From: Chrysomallon squamiferum | Lineage: Eukaryota > Animalia > Mollusca | Assembly: GCA_012295275.1 (NCBI GenBank) | Contig: CM022666.1 | Span: 5,022,001 to 5,086,000, forward strand | Reading direction: 5' to 3' | Length of the DNA: 64,000 nucleotides | Shown here: positions 1-15,004 of the stretch, one piece after another | Layout: every line of letters begins with the position of its first letter | Numbering within the stretch: the first letter of the stretch is position 1 | Notes under the pieces: model-generated | The model's input: only the letters and a program-made list of their open reading frames with translations | Databases searched by the model: none | Told to the model about the DNA's origin: nothing | Program-made: the position numbers and the translations under genes

Positions 1-2
1 AA

Positions 3-50
3 TCTCTGTTTGAAAATATTCAACTACGTGTTAAGAAATTGTGTATTCAG
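3..50 (+). CDS. 3' end of an exon of an unidentified gene (SLFENIQLRVKKLCIQ), running off the left edge
   Basis: Open frame ending in a consensus donor CAG|GTGAGT at 50/51. Its phase 0 matches the acceptor at 876. A homologous exon end with the same donor occurs on the - strand at ~60846-60900. Confidence 0.5.
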
Positions 51-349
51 GTGAGTATTACGTTTACCTGTCTCCGTATATATAATCAGAGAATGCTAAG
101 GAAGACAACTCTTTTATACTCATGGACCTTTATCTCAAGAAATGCTTGTTGTTGCTATTGTTGTTAATGTAATATTATTACTATTACTATTATTATTATT
201 ATTATTATTACTATTATTGTTATTGTTGTTGTTATTTATAACTCTTATTTTTCTATCATTGTTGTTGATGAACTGTTTTCGCAGTTAATGTTTTGTTTCA
301 GTTTTAGTTTTCATCTATGTAGTCTAAACACTTTTTATACAAAATGCTG

Positions 350-730
350 TTGTCACTGTAGTTGTGTATCTCTTTGTTTATGGCAGTGTACGTACCATAT
401 AATTTCTATATCCTGGGATACAGTATTATAGATTAATAGAGCGCAGTACGTACCATGTAAGTTTACATATACAGGGGTATAGTATTAAAGATTAATAGAG
501 TATATTACATACCATGTAATTTATATATCCAGGGAAACGGTATTAAATATTATAGAATAGAGTTCGGTACATACCATGTAATTTATATATCCAGGCATTC
601 AGTATTAAATATTACATAATAGAATACAGTACATTCTATTTAAATTATATATCCAGGGATACAGTATTAAAGATGAATAGAGTACAGTACATGCCATGTA
701 ATTTATATACCAAGTGATACAGTATTATTC
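350..730. repeat. Degenerate ~50-57-bp minisatellite (CAGTATTAAAGATTAATAGAGTGCAGTACATACCATGTAATTTATATATC-like)
   Basis: The motif repeats visibly in tandem. The same family occurs at ~8330-8700 (exact 50-bp period at 8461/8511/8561) and inverted at ~49800-50120. Confidence 0.8.
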
Positions 731-875
731 CAGTACGGTAACCTTAAAGATCGTTACATTAAAGATTCAGTAAAGCAAATATTATGTATTCAGTATATGA
801 TATTATAAAACTGACATACTGTGATGTGGAATATACAGTGTATTTTAATATATATATATTTTTTTTATATTTCAG

Positions 876-950
876 AACGGATTCATAGACCTCCAAGCTG
901 AAATGATCAACAGTCGACTTGTTTCTCATGCAGAACAGATAAACAAATAA
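876..950 (+). pseudogene. Truncated copy of the exon at 32916-33232 (NGFIDLQAEMINSRLVSHAEQINK*)
   Basis: TTTCAG acceptor at 875. The first ~70 nt match the reverse complement of the start of the 33232 exon, then break into AAA TAA and AT-rich DNA. Confidence 0.6.
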
Positions 951-1876
951 TTATTTCTTTCATATATATATATATATATATGAACTAAACTTACTCCATG
1001 AAATTAATTCTTTTTTTTTCTTACTTTCTCTGACTATCACTGAAAGTCCACATCATTCACAAAAGATGGACTCTGCTTCTGGTTTTATTTACTATTATTT
1101 TAGGTTTTACTCACATTATACAATGGATGTTCTTGTACAATAGATGTTCTATGCACAATGGATATTCTTTGTATAGTGGATGTTCTAGTATACAGTAGAT
1201 GTTATACAGTCTATGTCCTATTTAAAAAAATGATCTTGTACAGATATTCTATATACACTGTACATTATATACAAGTACAGTAGATGTTCAATGTACAGTG
1301 AATGTTCTTGTATGGTAGATGTTCTGTAAACAATGGATGTTCTGCTGTAGATGTTCTGTGTGAAAAGATGTTTTTGTTCAGTTAATATTCTAAACATGTA
1401 CATCTGTGGATGTTGTAAATATAATTAATGTTAAATGATAATGAATACTCCATGTATAGTGGCTTTTCTTTGTACAGTGAATATGTAATGTATGTACTGC
1501 GGATGGTCTGTGTTCAGTAAATCTGTACAGTGAATGTTCTACAAACATGAATGTGTTCTAGGGATGTTCTATGTAAAATTATTGTGTACGGTATTCAGTG
1601 AATAAATATTTACATATTATTGATTTTCTATATAAAGTGTCTGATGAAAGTTAAATGTTTGCTGATTGGTTTATAATGAATAATACAAGTTAAGTGTTCT
1701 TTATACAGTATGTACTCATGCAATGAAATTATGAGAGTGATAAATGTTTATATGTGCTACATTTAAATTTCATGTAAAATATGCATAATAAACAATCTAT
1801 TTAAAGCATTTTTTTATTTTATCACAAAAAGAATTTTCCTTTTAGAAGCATTTCAAAAACATAAATATTACTGTTA

Positions 1877-2110
1877 ATGTTATTATCACTATCATCATCA
1901 TCATTAATTTTATTATCACTATCATCATCATCATTAATTTTATTATCACTATCATCATCATCATTAATTTTATTATCACTATCATCATCATCATTAATTT
2001 TATTATCACTATCATCATCATCATCATTAATTTTATTATCACTATCATCATCATCATTAATTTTATTATCACTATCATCATCATTATTAATTTTATTATC
2101 ACTATCATCA
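1877..2110. repeat. 30-bp minisatellite (TTTTATTATCACTATCATCATCATCATTAA) x ~8
   Basis: Near-exact tandem copies. This explains the spurious DDDSDNKIN / MMMIVIIKL ORFs. Confidence 0.9.
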
Positions 2111-2199
2111 TAGTTACTACTACTGCTACTAATCAACATTATTAGTATTATTCTTACTATTGAAATTAGTGCTGCTGTTGCTGCTACTACAACTATTAA

Positions 2200-5100
2200 A
2201 TTTATCATCATCATCATTATTATTGTTTGCTGCTGTCGTTGCTAAATAAAGACTACAGTGATACCTCTGGTCACCTGTTCATTATTTTTATTACTTTAAA
2301 AGAAATACAAATGTCTTGTTCTGAATTTGTATCAAGTAAAATTAATAAGAGCATCTTTCAACTCACTTTTCAGTTCTACACCATTCAGTGACATCGTTTA
2401 CATTTTTATTTTGTAAAGCAAAATTTGTATATTTTATAGACAGTATGTTAAATATTGCTAATATATAACAATGTACATATCACATACTTATATAGATACA
2501 TTTACTTGCGTGCACATACACAAACACAGACACACAGACACACACACAAACACACATATCATGTTCCGAGCAATGTTGATAAATAGCTGTTTGCTAAGCG
2601 GGGCAGGTCATACAAAATGCACGGCCCTCGTATTTACGACCTACAATGACATCGCAGGCTGGGAAATGTGTACCTATCTTGCTATTGCCTCGATATCTTA
2701 TTTCTCAACGTTCACAACTTGTTTCAATGAGGCTGTTACTGTTACCTCTAGTCCATATACACACGCTGAACAACTGACACAATTTTCTATCATTTATTTA
2801 GGGCTGGACGATTGAAAAGTCATTAAATATAAAATAATAAACTACTTGGTTAATATATGCTTTTATTTATTTGTTTCTGTTCATGCACGTACATCACATG
2901 TACTTGACGTTTTCTAGTTTCTATCATGAAAACAACTCACGGGAAACTGAACAAAGCGAAAAGTGTGTGTGTGTACGCGCGAGGTCTAATGGTATGTGAC
3001 TTGCTTGTATTGTATTGCTTCTTTGTTTGTTGTTTTTGGTTTTATTCCAGCTGGTCTTTGATCTGAATAAGGTCATGCAGTAAGGTAATAAACTGCGAGT
3101 ATTAACTAAATGTACATAATAGTATGTACATGTGTATAAAATGACTTTGTAGATGTACCACAATTCACGTTTACCTAACTTATTTTTTATCAGTACCCTT
3201 CCACTTTGTCACGTCACTGACTAAACTGCGCATGTCAGTGTCTATTCTAGACCACAATACCACCCTATTTCGCGTGCTTAATACACATGAGCTAAAGCTA
3301 AAAATAATAGCTTCCTCATTGTTGGAAATCCCGGCATGTGATAGTATTATTATATATCGGTCTTACCGAACACTGAACAGAAGTAATATTTAAATATTAC
3401 TGGTTTTCTATGTAAATTGACGTATGAAAGTTAAATTTTCACTGATTAGTTTATAATGAATAATACAAGTTAAGTGGATGATCCAGTTGAAAAGGCTTTT
3501 CTTTATACAGTATGTACTCATGCACTGAACTGCTCAGAGTAATAAATGTTTATATATGATTTACATTTAAAATTTCATGCAAAATCTGCAAAATAAACAA
3601 TCTATTTAAAGCATTTTTTGTTTTATCACAATAAGAATTTTCTTTTTAGAAGCATTTCAGAAACATAAATATTATTATTAATAATAATTTTATTATCACT
3701 ATCATCATCATAATTACTACTACTGCTACTACTATTAGTATTACCAAATAATTAATATTATTAGTATTATTCTTATTACTACTACTATTGATATTAGTGC
3801 TACTACTACTATTAAATTTATCATCATCATCTTCATCATCATCATTATTGTTTGACATTGTTGTTAAATAAAGACTACAGTGATACCTCTGGTCACCTGT
3901 TCATTATTTGTATTACTTTGAAAGAAACACAAACGTCTTGTTCTGAATTTGTCATTTTGTTGTTTTCTGTTGTTTTTTTAATATCAAGTAAAATTAATAA
4001 GATCATTTTTCAACTCACTTTTCAGTTCTACACCAGTCAGTGACATCATTTAAGTTTTTATTTTGTAATGCAAAATGTGTATAGTTTATAGACAGTATGT
4101 TAGATATTGCTGTTATATAACAATGTACATATCACATACTTATATAGATACATTTACTTGCGTGCACATACACAAACACAGACACACAGACACACACACA
4201 AACACACATATCATGTTCCGAGCAATGTTGATAAATAGCTGTTTGCTAAGCGGGGCAGGTCATACAAAATGCACGGCCCTCGTATTTACGACCTACAATG
4301 ACATCGCAGGCTGGGAAATGTATACCTATCTTGCTATTGCCCCGATATCGTATTTCACAACGTTCACAACTTGTTTAAATGACTCAGTTACTGCTACCTC
4401 TAGTCTATATAAACACGCTGAACAACTGACACAATTTTCGATCATTTATTTAGGGCTAGAAGATTGAAAAGTCATTAAATACAAAAAAATAAACTACTTG
4501 GTTAATATATGCTTTTATTTCTTTGTTTCTGTTCATGCACATACATCACATGTACTTGACGTTGTCTAGTTTCTGTCATGAAAACAACTCACGGGAAACT
4601 GAACAAAGCGAAAAGTCTGAGTGTGTACGCGCGAGGTCTAATGGTATGTGACTTGCTTGTATTGTATTGTTTCTTTGTTTGTTGTTTTTGGTTTTATTCC
4701 AGCTGGTCTTTGATCTGAATAAGGTCATGCAGTAAGGTAATAAACTGCGAGTATTAACTAAATGTACATAATAGTATGTACATGTGTATAAAATGACTTT
4801 GTAGATGTACCACAATTCACGTTTACCTAACTTATTTTTTATCAGTACCCTTCCACTTTGTCACGTCACTGACTAAACTGCGCATGTCAGTGTCTATTCT
4901 AGACCACAATACCACCCTATTTCGCGTGCTTAATACACATGAGCTAAAGCTAAAAATAATAGCTTCCTCATTGTTGGAAATCCCGGCATGTGATAGTATT
5001 ATTATATATCGGTCTTACCGAACACTGAACAGAAGTAATATTTAAATATTACTGGTTTTCTATGTAAATTGACGTATGAAAGTTAAATTTTCACTGATTA

Positions 5101-5858
5101 GTTTATAATGAATAATACAAGTTAAGTGGATGATCCAGTTGAAAAGGCTTTTCTTTATACAGTATGTACTCATGCACTGAACTGCTCAGAGTAATAAATG
5201 TTTATATATGATTTACATTTAAAATTTCATGCAAAATCTGCAAAATAAACAATCTATTTAAAGCATTTTTTGTTTTATCACAATAAGAATTTTCTTTTTA
5301 GAAGCATTTCAGAAACATAAATATTATTATTAATAATAATTTTATTATCACTATCATCATCATAATTACTACTACTGCTACTACTATTAGTATTACTAAA
5401 TAATTAATGTTATTAGTATTATTCTTATTACTACTACTATTGATATTAGTGCTACTACTACTATTAAATTTATCATCCTCATCTTCATCATCATCATTAT
5501 TGTTTGATGTTGACATTGTTGTTAAATAAAGACTACAGTGATACCTCTGGTCACCTGTTCATAATTTTTATTACTTTAAAAAAAATACAAATGTCTTGTT
5601 CTGAATTTGTCATTTTCTTGCTTTCTTTTTTTCTTTTTTTTTTCTTTTTTTTTTAATATCAAGTAAAATTAATAAGAGCATTTTTCAACTCACTTTTCAG
5701 TTCTACACCAGTCAGTGACATCATTTAAGTTTTTATTTTGTAAAGCAAAATTTGTATAGTTTATAGACAGTATGTTAGATATTGCTGTTATATAACAATG
5801 TACATATCACATACTTATATAGATACACCTACTTGCACTCGCACACACACACACACAC

Positions 5859-5894
<36 letters not shown>

Positions 5895-6400
5895 ACACAC
5901 ACACACAGATATATCATAATCCGAGCAATGTTGATAAATAGCTGTTTGCTAAGCGGGGCAGGTCATACAAAATGCACGGCCCTCGTATTTACGACCTACA
6001 ATGACATCGCAGGCTGGGAAATGTGTACCTATCTTGCTATTGCCCCGATACCGTATTTCAGAACGTTCACAACTTGTTTAAATGACGCTGTTACTGCTAC
6101 CTCTAGTCTATATAAACACGCTGAACAACTGACACAATTTTCTATCATTTATTTAGGGCTGGACGATTGAAAGGTCATTAAATACAAAATAATAAACTAC
6201 TTGGTTAATATACACTTTTATTTCTCTGTTTCTCTTCATGCACGTACATCACATGTACTTGACGTAGTCTAGTTTCTATCATGAAAACAACTCAGGACAA
6301 ACTGAACGACAAACTGTATGTGTGTGTGTGTTTTTGTTTTTTTTACCCAGTCAGTTGAATAACTTTACATATTAACATTTTTTATCAGTACACTTCCACT
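2200..6400. repeat. Recent tandem duplication, ~1652-bp unit, about 2.5 copies
   Basis: Near-identical ORFs at 2924-3163 and 4576-4815, and GGAAATCCC at 3324 and 4976, are both offset by exactly 1652 bp. A third, partial copy runs to ~6400. Confidence 0.9.
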
Positions 6401-7157
6401 TTATCACGTCATTGACTAAACTGCATAATGAATAATACAAGTTAAGTGGATGATCCAGTTAAAAAGGATTTTCTTTATACAGTGTGTACTCGCGCATTGA
6501 AATGATCAGAGTAATAAATGTTTATATATGCTTTACATTTAAAATTTGATGTACAGTTTGCATAATAAGCAGTCTATTTAAAGCATTTTTGGTTTTATCA
6601 GAATAAGAATTTCAGAATCGTAAATATTATGATTATTAATTTTATATTATAATTATAATTAACTTTATTACCACTATCATCTTCATCATTATAACTACTG
6701 CTATAGTATTACTATATAATCATGATTACTAGTATTATTCTTTCTACTACTCCAACTATTTACATTAGTGCTAACGCTACTACTGCTATTAAATTTATAA
6801 TCATCATTTGATCACTATAATTAGTATTGTTTGCTGTCATTGTTGTTAAATAAAGACTACAGTGATACCTCTGGTCACATGTTCATAATTTTTATTACTT
6901 GGATAGTTACTTTAAATGTAGTACAAATGTCTTGTTCTGCATTTGTCATTGTCTTCTTATTTTTAAAGTAAAATTAATGAGATCATTTTTGAACTCACTT
7001 TTCACTTATACACCAGTGACATGATTTAATTTTTATTTTATGAAGCATAATTTGTGTACTTTATAGATAGTAAGTTAAATATTGCTGTTAAATAACAATG
7101 TTCATATCACATACTTAAATGTAGACCTACTCGTGCAGTGTTTATAAATAGCTGTTT

Positions 7158-7167
7158 GGAAAGTCCC
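7158..7167 (-). promoter_or_regulatory. Canonical NF-kB site GGGACTTTCC next to a TATA-like TATTTATAAA
   Basis: GGAAAGTCCC on +. Same context at 22613-22622, 44738-44747 and 45229-45238, and a one-mismatch copy at 37919-37928. Function is inferred only. Confidence 0.4.
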
Positions 7168-8329
7168 GGAAAAATGAACAGATAACGTGACCTTGCTGTC
7201 TGTGAAATGTTTATCTAAAGTGTGATCTCAGTTCTCTGTCTGCTTCATTCACGCTACTACTGTTCAGGTGTCGGCAACGCTTGGTCAGCCACCAATTATT
7301 ACATTAACTTGACTCTCCTCCAAAACACCGCATATCATTTAGATCACATGCACTTGACGTAGTCTAGTTTCTGTCATAAAAACAACTCCTGCCAAAATTC
7401 TTAAATAGGTCACTGTGTGTACACTTGGACACCAATTATTACATTAACTTGGCAGTTCTCCAAAACACCACTTTGTTGTCTGATCACCTCTCTGCAAAAG
7501 CTTCCTGACCCGTTTTACTGCATAGGGCATATGAAGTCAGATAATATAGATATTCTGCATTAACTTTTTGTTCATTTATTTCGGGTTAGACTGTTGAAGA
7601 GTGGTTGATTAAAAAAAGATAAAATATCTGAGATTAGAAGTCAGCTGTCACCTTTGTGTTTCTATGTTTCTGTTCTTGCATGTAGATCACAAGTACTTGG
7701 CGTAGTTTCTGTCATAAAAACAACTCAGGCAGTATTCTTAAATAGATCACTGTGTGTGTGTGTTTGTGTATGTGTGTTTGGTTGTGTGTTTGTGTGTGTG
7801 TGTGTTTGTGTGTGTTTATGTGTGTCTGTGTGTGTTTGTGTGTATTTGAGTGTGTTTGTGTGTGTGTCTGTGTTTGTGTGTGTGTGTGTGTGTGTGTTTT
7901 TAAAACTGTATTCAATATAGCAGTAAAGAATAATATAGATGGATAGAATAATTGTAATCGATCACAACAATCACATACGGGTTTAATACAGAAGAGCAAA
8001 CATATACATAACTAGTTACAATTTTTAATTATGAAATACATTAGCAATGAAAGATAGATTAAACACATTTTGTCAGAGTATTTTGTTAATGTTCTTTGAT
8101 TTTAATGTTGATGGTTTAGGCTGATGTTCCACTCCGCCGCAGCATACAGGAACACTTCATAACATATTTTGATATCACCCTTATTGCTATGAATAACTTC
8201 CATATTAAACATACTTCTGATACTAGAGCAAGCTGGAGAATATTCAATGAAACACATTTTAACTGGAAATAAGACAAAAGTTGCAGAATAATATAATTTA
8301 AACATTCTGAATACAGTATTATTTCAGTA

Positions 8330-8700
8330 CATTACATATCATGTAGTTTATATTTACAGGGAGACAGTATTAAATATTATATAAATAAGTACAGCACATA
8401 CCATGTAATTTATACGTCTAGAGATACACTGTTAAAGATTAATAGACTGCAGTACATACCATGTAATTTATGTATCCAGTATTAAAGATTAATAGAGTGC
8501 AGTACATACCATGTAATTTATGTATCCAGTATTAAAGATTAATAGAGTGCAGTATATACCATGTAATTTATGTATCCAGTATTAAAGATTAATAGAGTGC
8601 TGTACATACCATGTAATTTATATATCCAGGAATATAGTATTAAATAATAAAATACAGTACATACCATGTAATTTATATATTCAAAGATATAATATTACAG
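8330..8700. repeat. 50-bp minisatellite
   Basis: ATGTAATTTATGTATCCAGTATTAAAGATTAATAGAGTGCAGTACATACC repeats with a 50-bp period. Confidence 0.85.
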
Positions 8701-10869
8701 ATTCACTATTGCAAATAATATGTATTCTGTGTATCATTTTAGAAACAAATGAGGTCCTGTGGTGTAGAGTATAAATGAATACATTAATGTGTATATCCAA
8801 GGATATAATATACAAAAATATTACAGTACATATCATGTAATTTATAAATCAAAGGATATAATATTAAAGATTCAGCATGTACATGTACAGAGAATGTTCT
8901 TGTATGGTATTTGTTCTGTACACAATAGATTATCTACTGCAGAAGTTCTATGTACACATATGTTTTTGTACAGTTGATATCTAAACATGTACATCTGTGG
9001 ATGCTGTAAATATAATTAATGTTAAATGATAAAGAATACTCCATGCATAATGGCTTTTCTTTGTACAATGAATATATAATGTATGTACTGTTGATGGTCT
9101 GTGCTCTGTAAATATGTACAGTGGATGTTCTACAAACAGTGAATGTGTTCTATGGATGTTCTGTGTAAAATGAGTGTGTACTGTATTCAGTGAATGAATA
9201 TTTACATATTATTGTTTTTCTATATAAACTGACTGATGAAAGTTAAATGTTCACTGATTGGTCTAAAATGAATAATACAAGTTAAGTATTCTTTATACAG
9301 TCTGTACTCATGCACTGAAACGATAAGAGTAATAAATGTTTATATATATGTTACATCTGAAATTTCTTGTAAAATTTGCATAATAAATAATAGATTTAAG
9401 GCATTTTGTTTTATCAGAATAAGAATTTTGTTTTTAGAAGTATTTCAGAATCGTAAATATTAGGATTATTAATTATATTATCACTATCATCATCATTATT
9501 ATTACTTTTTATTATCACTTTCATCATCATCATTGTTTCTGTTAGCTGTTATCATTGTTGTTAAATAAAGACTACAGTGATACCTCTGGTCACCTGTTCA
9601 TAATTTACATTTGCTTTAAAAGTAGTAAAAATGTCTTGTTGTGCATTTGTCATTTTCTTCTTATTTTTTCTTTCTTTGTTTCTTCGATTGTTTGTTTCTT
9701 TTTCGTTGTTGTTGTAATAACAAGTAAAATTATTGAGATCATTTTTCAGCTCACTTTTCGCTTCTACACCAGTCAGCGACATGATTCAATTTTTATTTTA
9801 TAAAGCAAAATTTGTATACTTTATAGACTATGTAAAATATTGCACTTATATAATATGTACATATCACATACTTATATAGATACACCTACAGACGTGCACA
9901 TTCAAACACATGTATCATGTTTACGTTTTAATAGTTAAGCAGTCGCCCTTGACACCGACGACAAATAACTGCACCTCACTGGAAAATCTTTTAACATGCC
10001 GGGTGCATTATCTTTAAAAATAGATCTACCGAGTAATGTTTATAAATAGTTCTTTCCTAAGTGACTCAGCTGATTCAAAATGCACGGCCAACGTGTTCTC
10101 TTTGAGTCCTGCCTACAATGACGTCGCTGGCTGTAAAATGTACACGTGACGTCAGATTGATATCTCACACACTACCAAGTTCATTGACGTGATTTCTATT
10201 ATCTCTAGGCCATAGAAATATGCTGAACAACTGTGCTCCTTCGTGGATCTTGTGTAGATATATACTGTAGTGCATAGCTGGAGTGTATTAGGACATTTGA
10301 AATTAGATAATGTAGATGTTCTTGATTAAATTTTTGATAATTTATTTAGAGTTAGACTATTGAAGAGTAATTAAATAAAAAAATAACAAACTACTTGGTT
10401 AATAGTCAGTTGTTAAGTTTTTCCTTCTTTGTTTCTGTTCATACACGTACATCACATGTACTTGACGTAGTCTAGTTTCTGTCACAAAAACAACTCAGGG
10501 CAAACTGAACAAAGCAATATTCTTAAAATACATCACTCTGTGTGTGTGTGTGTGTGTGTGTGTGACTTCTTTGTATTTTTTGTTTGTTGTTCTTTCTTTC
10601 TTCTTGTTGTTACTTTCTTATTGTTGTTTTGTTTTGAATTTTTTTTTTTTTTTTTTTTTTTGTTTGTTTGTTTTCTTCCGGCTCACCATTGGACTGATTA
10701 CATCAACAATTAACTGCAAAGTACTAAGCTGACATAATAGTATGTACCCGTGTATAAAATGACATTGTAGATATTACAAAAGTCACGTTTTTGACAACAC
10801 TTCTGTTTATATGTTTCTCGATGGGATTGGCAGTGGAGGGTTTCTAGAGCATTCTCGAATGATTTGTAT

Positions 10870-12560
10870 ACATAGCCTTTGAACAGAAAGTATCATATTC
10901 TTATGATGACATCTGCTTTGTTTGAATTTTTTTTTTCTTTTTGTTATATTTATTTATTTGCTGTGGGTTTCGTAGTTAATGTGTAGTCATTTAACATACT
11001 ATGAAGAAAATGAGCCAAGTTATTATATATATCTTTTTGGTGTTTTTTAATAGTAGTTGTAGTAGTAGTAGTAATAGTAGTAGTTGTTGTTATCATTATT
11101 ACGATTGCTTTTGTCATTATTGTTAAATAAAGAGTATTGCTGACTTCTATTCCTGTGTTAAGTAAGCGACACAAAATAACAACAAAATGAAATGATATAG
11201 TCTGAGTATCACGTGGTAGAATTTTACAGCCAGGATTTGTCATCTTACACAAAATCGGAATAAATTAATGTAGTCATCCTGGAACAAATCCAGGATAACG
11301 GTCGCTGTCCACTGAACGCACTGTGTAACTAGTTATGTAGATGTTTGCTCTTCTGTGTTAATCCTTACGTGATTGTTGTGACCGATTACAATTATTCTAT
11401 CCATCTATATTATTCTTTATTGCTTTACTGAATGTTCAGACTCTCAAGTTCGCCAATTTTGACAAAATGTAACGCTCTGCATTCTAATGACCATACATCA
11501 AAGAATGTACCTCACCATTCTTGTTGAAATGAGTATTATTAAAAAAACACTTTGACAACGATTCTTGAAATAGTACTGGTAATTAAACATGAATTTTATG
11601 GGTTTTATGCATGTACGCTTTCACACACACAAATACATATTAACATGAAATAACTGAATGTTTCAGGATTTACATGTAAAGACTGGTTTCACAAATTGAC
11701 CAGAAATATATATAAATATGTGATGCGTGTATTATGTAAGAATATTGTTAGGATTTGTAAATATTGTTGCATTTTCTTATATTTTTACTTTTTTAGATGA
11801 AGTTTGATGTGTTTCCTCACTGAATACAGAACACGATGGATTTTTGTTGCCACAGTTTTTTTTCTTATTAGATTGTTCATGTGTTCACACTTTTGTTTAA
11901 TAGATGTTACTTGTGAGTGGATTTCTTTGATGTTTGTCAAGTTTTGAATCCTACTGTTGTTGTTGTTGTTGTTGTTGATATTATTATTATTAATAATTTA
12001 TTTGTTTATTTATTGATATTGTTGTTGTTGTTGTTGCTATTTATTCAATTAATTAATGTATATATTTTATTTATATGGAGATTATATTTATTTCATATTT
12101 ATTATATACACAGATAATATTTTTTCAATTAATTTTGTTAAATAATGTTTACTGTACTTGGTTACACACACATTCTTTGGACAGTTGCCAGTATTTCAAA
12201 TAACATCATATTTAAATTATGATGTTGGCTTGTGTCACGTGAACGTTTTCCGAGAATCAATAATGAGTACTCTCTTTCTCCGGGAACTGGACTTCCCACC
12301 AAAGCTATAAATAGATGTGAGTCAGTAGTTGAACTTTTATGGGAAACATATTACTAGTAGACAGATTCAGAAAAGTATTGTTATAAATAAATAAATTTGT
12401 TGTTGTTGTTGTTGTAGTTACTGCTGTTGAAAATTCAAATGAATATCGATACTTTTTTTGTTTCGTTCTTAATGAAATGCTCGGTCGATTCATTAACAAA
12501 GCAGCAGCTAGGTCAGAAACGCCATTTGCAACACAAAGCACGATTCACAAAATGTGTGTG
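10870..12560. repeat. ~1.7-kb segmental duplication module (second family)
   Basis: Direct copy at ~24560-26160, partial direct copy at ~30985-32210, inverted copy at ~34680-36330 (paralogous spurious ORFs 10950-11252, 24642-24911, 35949-36200). Confidence 0.85.
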
Positions 12561-12855
12561 TGTGTGTGTGTGTGTTTCTTGAGATTAAGGTTAACGAGAA
12601 GTAACAAATAACATTTTTCAAGAACCGAGCTTTTCCGTTACATGTAATCGTTAAATATAATATTCATAAATAAACTTCGTGAACTTATTACTTCTGTTGT
12701 ACTGGTTGCTATTGTTGTAGTTCTTCTGATTATCATCATTATTATTATTAATATTACTATTGCTGCTGTCGTTGTTAAATATAGACTGCAGCGTCATACT
12801 GATCACGTTTTCAGTAACTGATTCTAATCGATATACAATAATACTATCACGTGCC

Positions 12856-12864
12856 GGGATTTCC
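12856..12864 (+). promoter_or_regulatory. kB-like site GGGATTTCC about 2 kb upstream of TNF copy A
   Basis: Matches the Rel/NF-kB consensus. Reverse copies at 3324, 4976 and 28691. Confidence 0.3.
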
Positions 12865-13610
12865 AGTAAGCAATCAGTATGTCAAGGTCGGTGTATTTAT
12901 AGAGAAGGAACTATACTCTCCCAACACAGAAACGCAAAATAGTTGTAAACTCACACATATCGATCTGTATAATGTATGAATAGAATGACACTTGGTGATT
13001 CAAACGTATAGCTTTTGTTAGTCGCCAAAAAGCAGGTAACACAAAATAAAGGCTACGACCATGTTTATTAGTCAAAACGTCCCCGCATGCAAACCACGTT
13101 ACCAGTGTATCTGCACGTGCGCAACATGAAACTTGAATACGAGGGTTATAAAAATGCAAGGTTTTCGAATATTTCTGTTCCTTATTTTTGTTCTCACCCA
13201 ACATCAAACAAATGTCACGACTGAGTGAATCCATGCGCATACATATTAACAAGAGTTTGGTCACGAAAAATGGTGTCCTATTTTTGTGGTACTACGGTGT
13301 TTTTATGCTGTGTACCGGAGTAGACACTGACATGCGCATTTAGGCAAAAATATGATAAAATGGAAGTGTACAGGTAAAAAAATCTTAATATATAAGGTTA
13401 TTGAACTTACTGGGTAAAAAGAATTAAGTTGGGTAAACGTGCATTCCTCTTAGCCAATCAAAAATGAACGCGTTAGTTGCTAGAGAATATCATACTATCG
13501 TTTCAAAGTTTCTGGTATAAAAAAGCCTGTTATACAGCGTTTCTGTCATAGCCGTGCTTCACTCCATTGTGAACAAAAAGGCAGCCTAATTTAGGTATGT
13601 AAATGTTTTA

Positions 13611-13740
13611 CTTATTTCATAGGTTATATATATTTATATAAAATTATAATTTCACTTATTTCATAGGTAATATATATTTATATAAAATTATAATTTCATT
13701 TATTTCATAGGTTATATTTATTTATAAAAAAATATAAATT
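13611..13740. repeat. 44-bp AT-rich minisatellite upstream of copy A (2 full + 1 partial unit)
   Basis: Reverse complement of the 5-unit array at 58243-58462 upstream of copy C. Confidence 0.8.
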
Positions 13741-14879
13741 AACAATGCTGTTTAGGATTTTTACACGTCCTAATTTCATTTGTATAATACCATATTTTGT
13801 GGTATTGCACCAACTTGAAAAAATAAAACATCGCGGTAAGGTCGATAAGTTTCTAACACATGCGCTGGCAGGTAAGAATAATAACAGCCACAGAAAATAC
13901 AGCACTCATTTATTTATCTGGTATTTCGAAAATGTGCAAAATGCACGTGCAATTCGTGCCACTGGCAGCTTAATGTAACAGTTCTGTGGTTATAAAGCAG
14001 GAAAAGTGAGTTATCAGATTCACGTTGCGATCTATAAACAATAACGTTCACGGTAGTTTGAATTTCTGTCACTGAGAGGAAACCAGCCCTGGACTTGATC
14101 TTTCGAGGACGATACAGTATCAGCAAACAGAGCGGATATGTAGAATGAGGCCCTGGCATTCTTTGACAGGTTTTTTCTGTCTTTGCACTAAACCAACTAG
14201 CCAAGGTTTTAGGAACGGAGAAAGAGAACATTACCTCAGCTGTTTTTGTTTTTTCGATCGGAGCAAAAATGTTTACAGAAGTGTTTCAAGAACCAGACGA
14301 TCTACCTTAGAAGGTGATTAAATGTGTTGTTGAAACTTTGACAGTACTTTAGTCAAGGTATTTTCCTTCTTGCTTGTGAAATCTGATGTCCGCTGGTTTA
14401 AGAGAACATCGAACTTTCCGCTATTAAGCCCTACCCGAGTTCACCGAGTGCTGTTGTTCGTTTTTGAATTTTTCACAATAAAAAACACATTTTAGTGATT
14501 TAATTAAATCTTCAAAATCTATCGAGCGAGAACTGTTTTCTAACTTCTTGGAAAAATAGGATGATTTGGCGGTAGAATACTGGAAATAAGCCATCATCGC
14601 CTTGGTCAGTCAACTGATTAAAATACACCCACTTGATTGGATATTTATTTCACTTCACGATATTGAATATTTATTGCGCGCTTTGCTATCTCAAACTGTT
14701 TTTCGCTTATTTTCATTTTGTTATATTGTCTTCATTCTTAGAAACTTACATATCTGATTGCCAATTTACTGTAACATTTTTTCCTATACATTTATTTTAA
14801 GAGAAAAAACAATATATTTATTTTTAATTATTTTTTAAAATCCTACCTCTTTCCAGTGACATAAATAACTTCGGACGAA

Positions 14880-15004
14880 AAACTTTACTCCTTACATTCC
14901 TCAACAATTGGAGACAAATTCTGTGGCATCAGATTCCAAGGGCTTCATCAGGAGGATTATCTGTTCTATTAGACATCGCTGTGCTGTCATATTGGATTTC
15001 AGTG
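14880..15004 (+). other. Putative non-coding first exon (5' UTR) of TNF copy A; start approximate
   Basis: Donor CAGTG|GTGAGT at 15004/15005 is conserved in copy C (57383) and remnant D (20545). Acceptor TTTCAG at 15366 lies 35 nt before the ATG, with an in-frame TAA upstream of the ATG. Confidence 0.55.

Noticed and set aside
1822-2217. Asp/Asn-rich or Met/Ile-rich repetitive ORFs (superficially biomineral-protein-like)
   Set aside because: They are translations of a 30-bp ATC-rich minisatellite that expanded in only one module copy; no splice context.
2471-6170. Recurrent ORF MFRAMLINSCLLSGAGHTKCTALVF... (also 39117-39365)
   Set aside because: Similarity is explained by recent duplication. 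The ORF starts in a CA microsatellite, has no recognisable domain, and is not maintained in more diverged module copies.
13705-14420. ORFs in the A-specific upstream insert
   Set aside because: No recognisable motif. Probably a transposon remnant, but the family cannot be supported from sequence alone.
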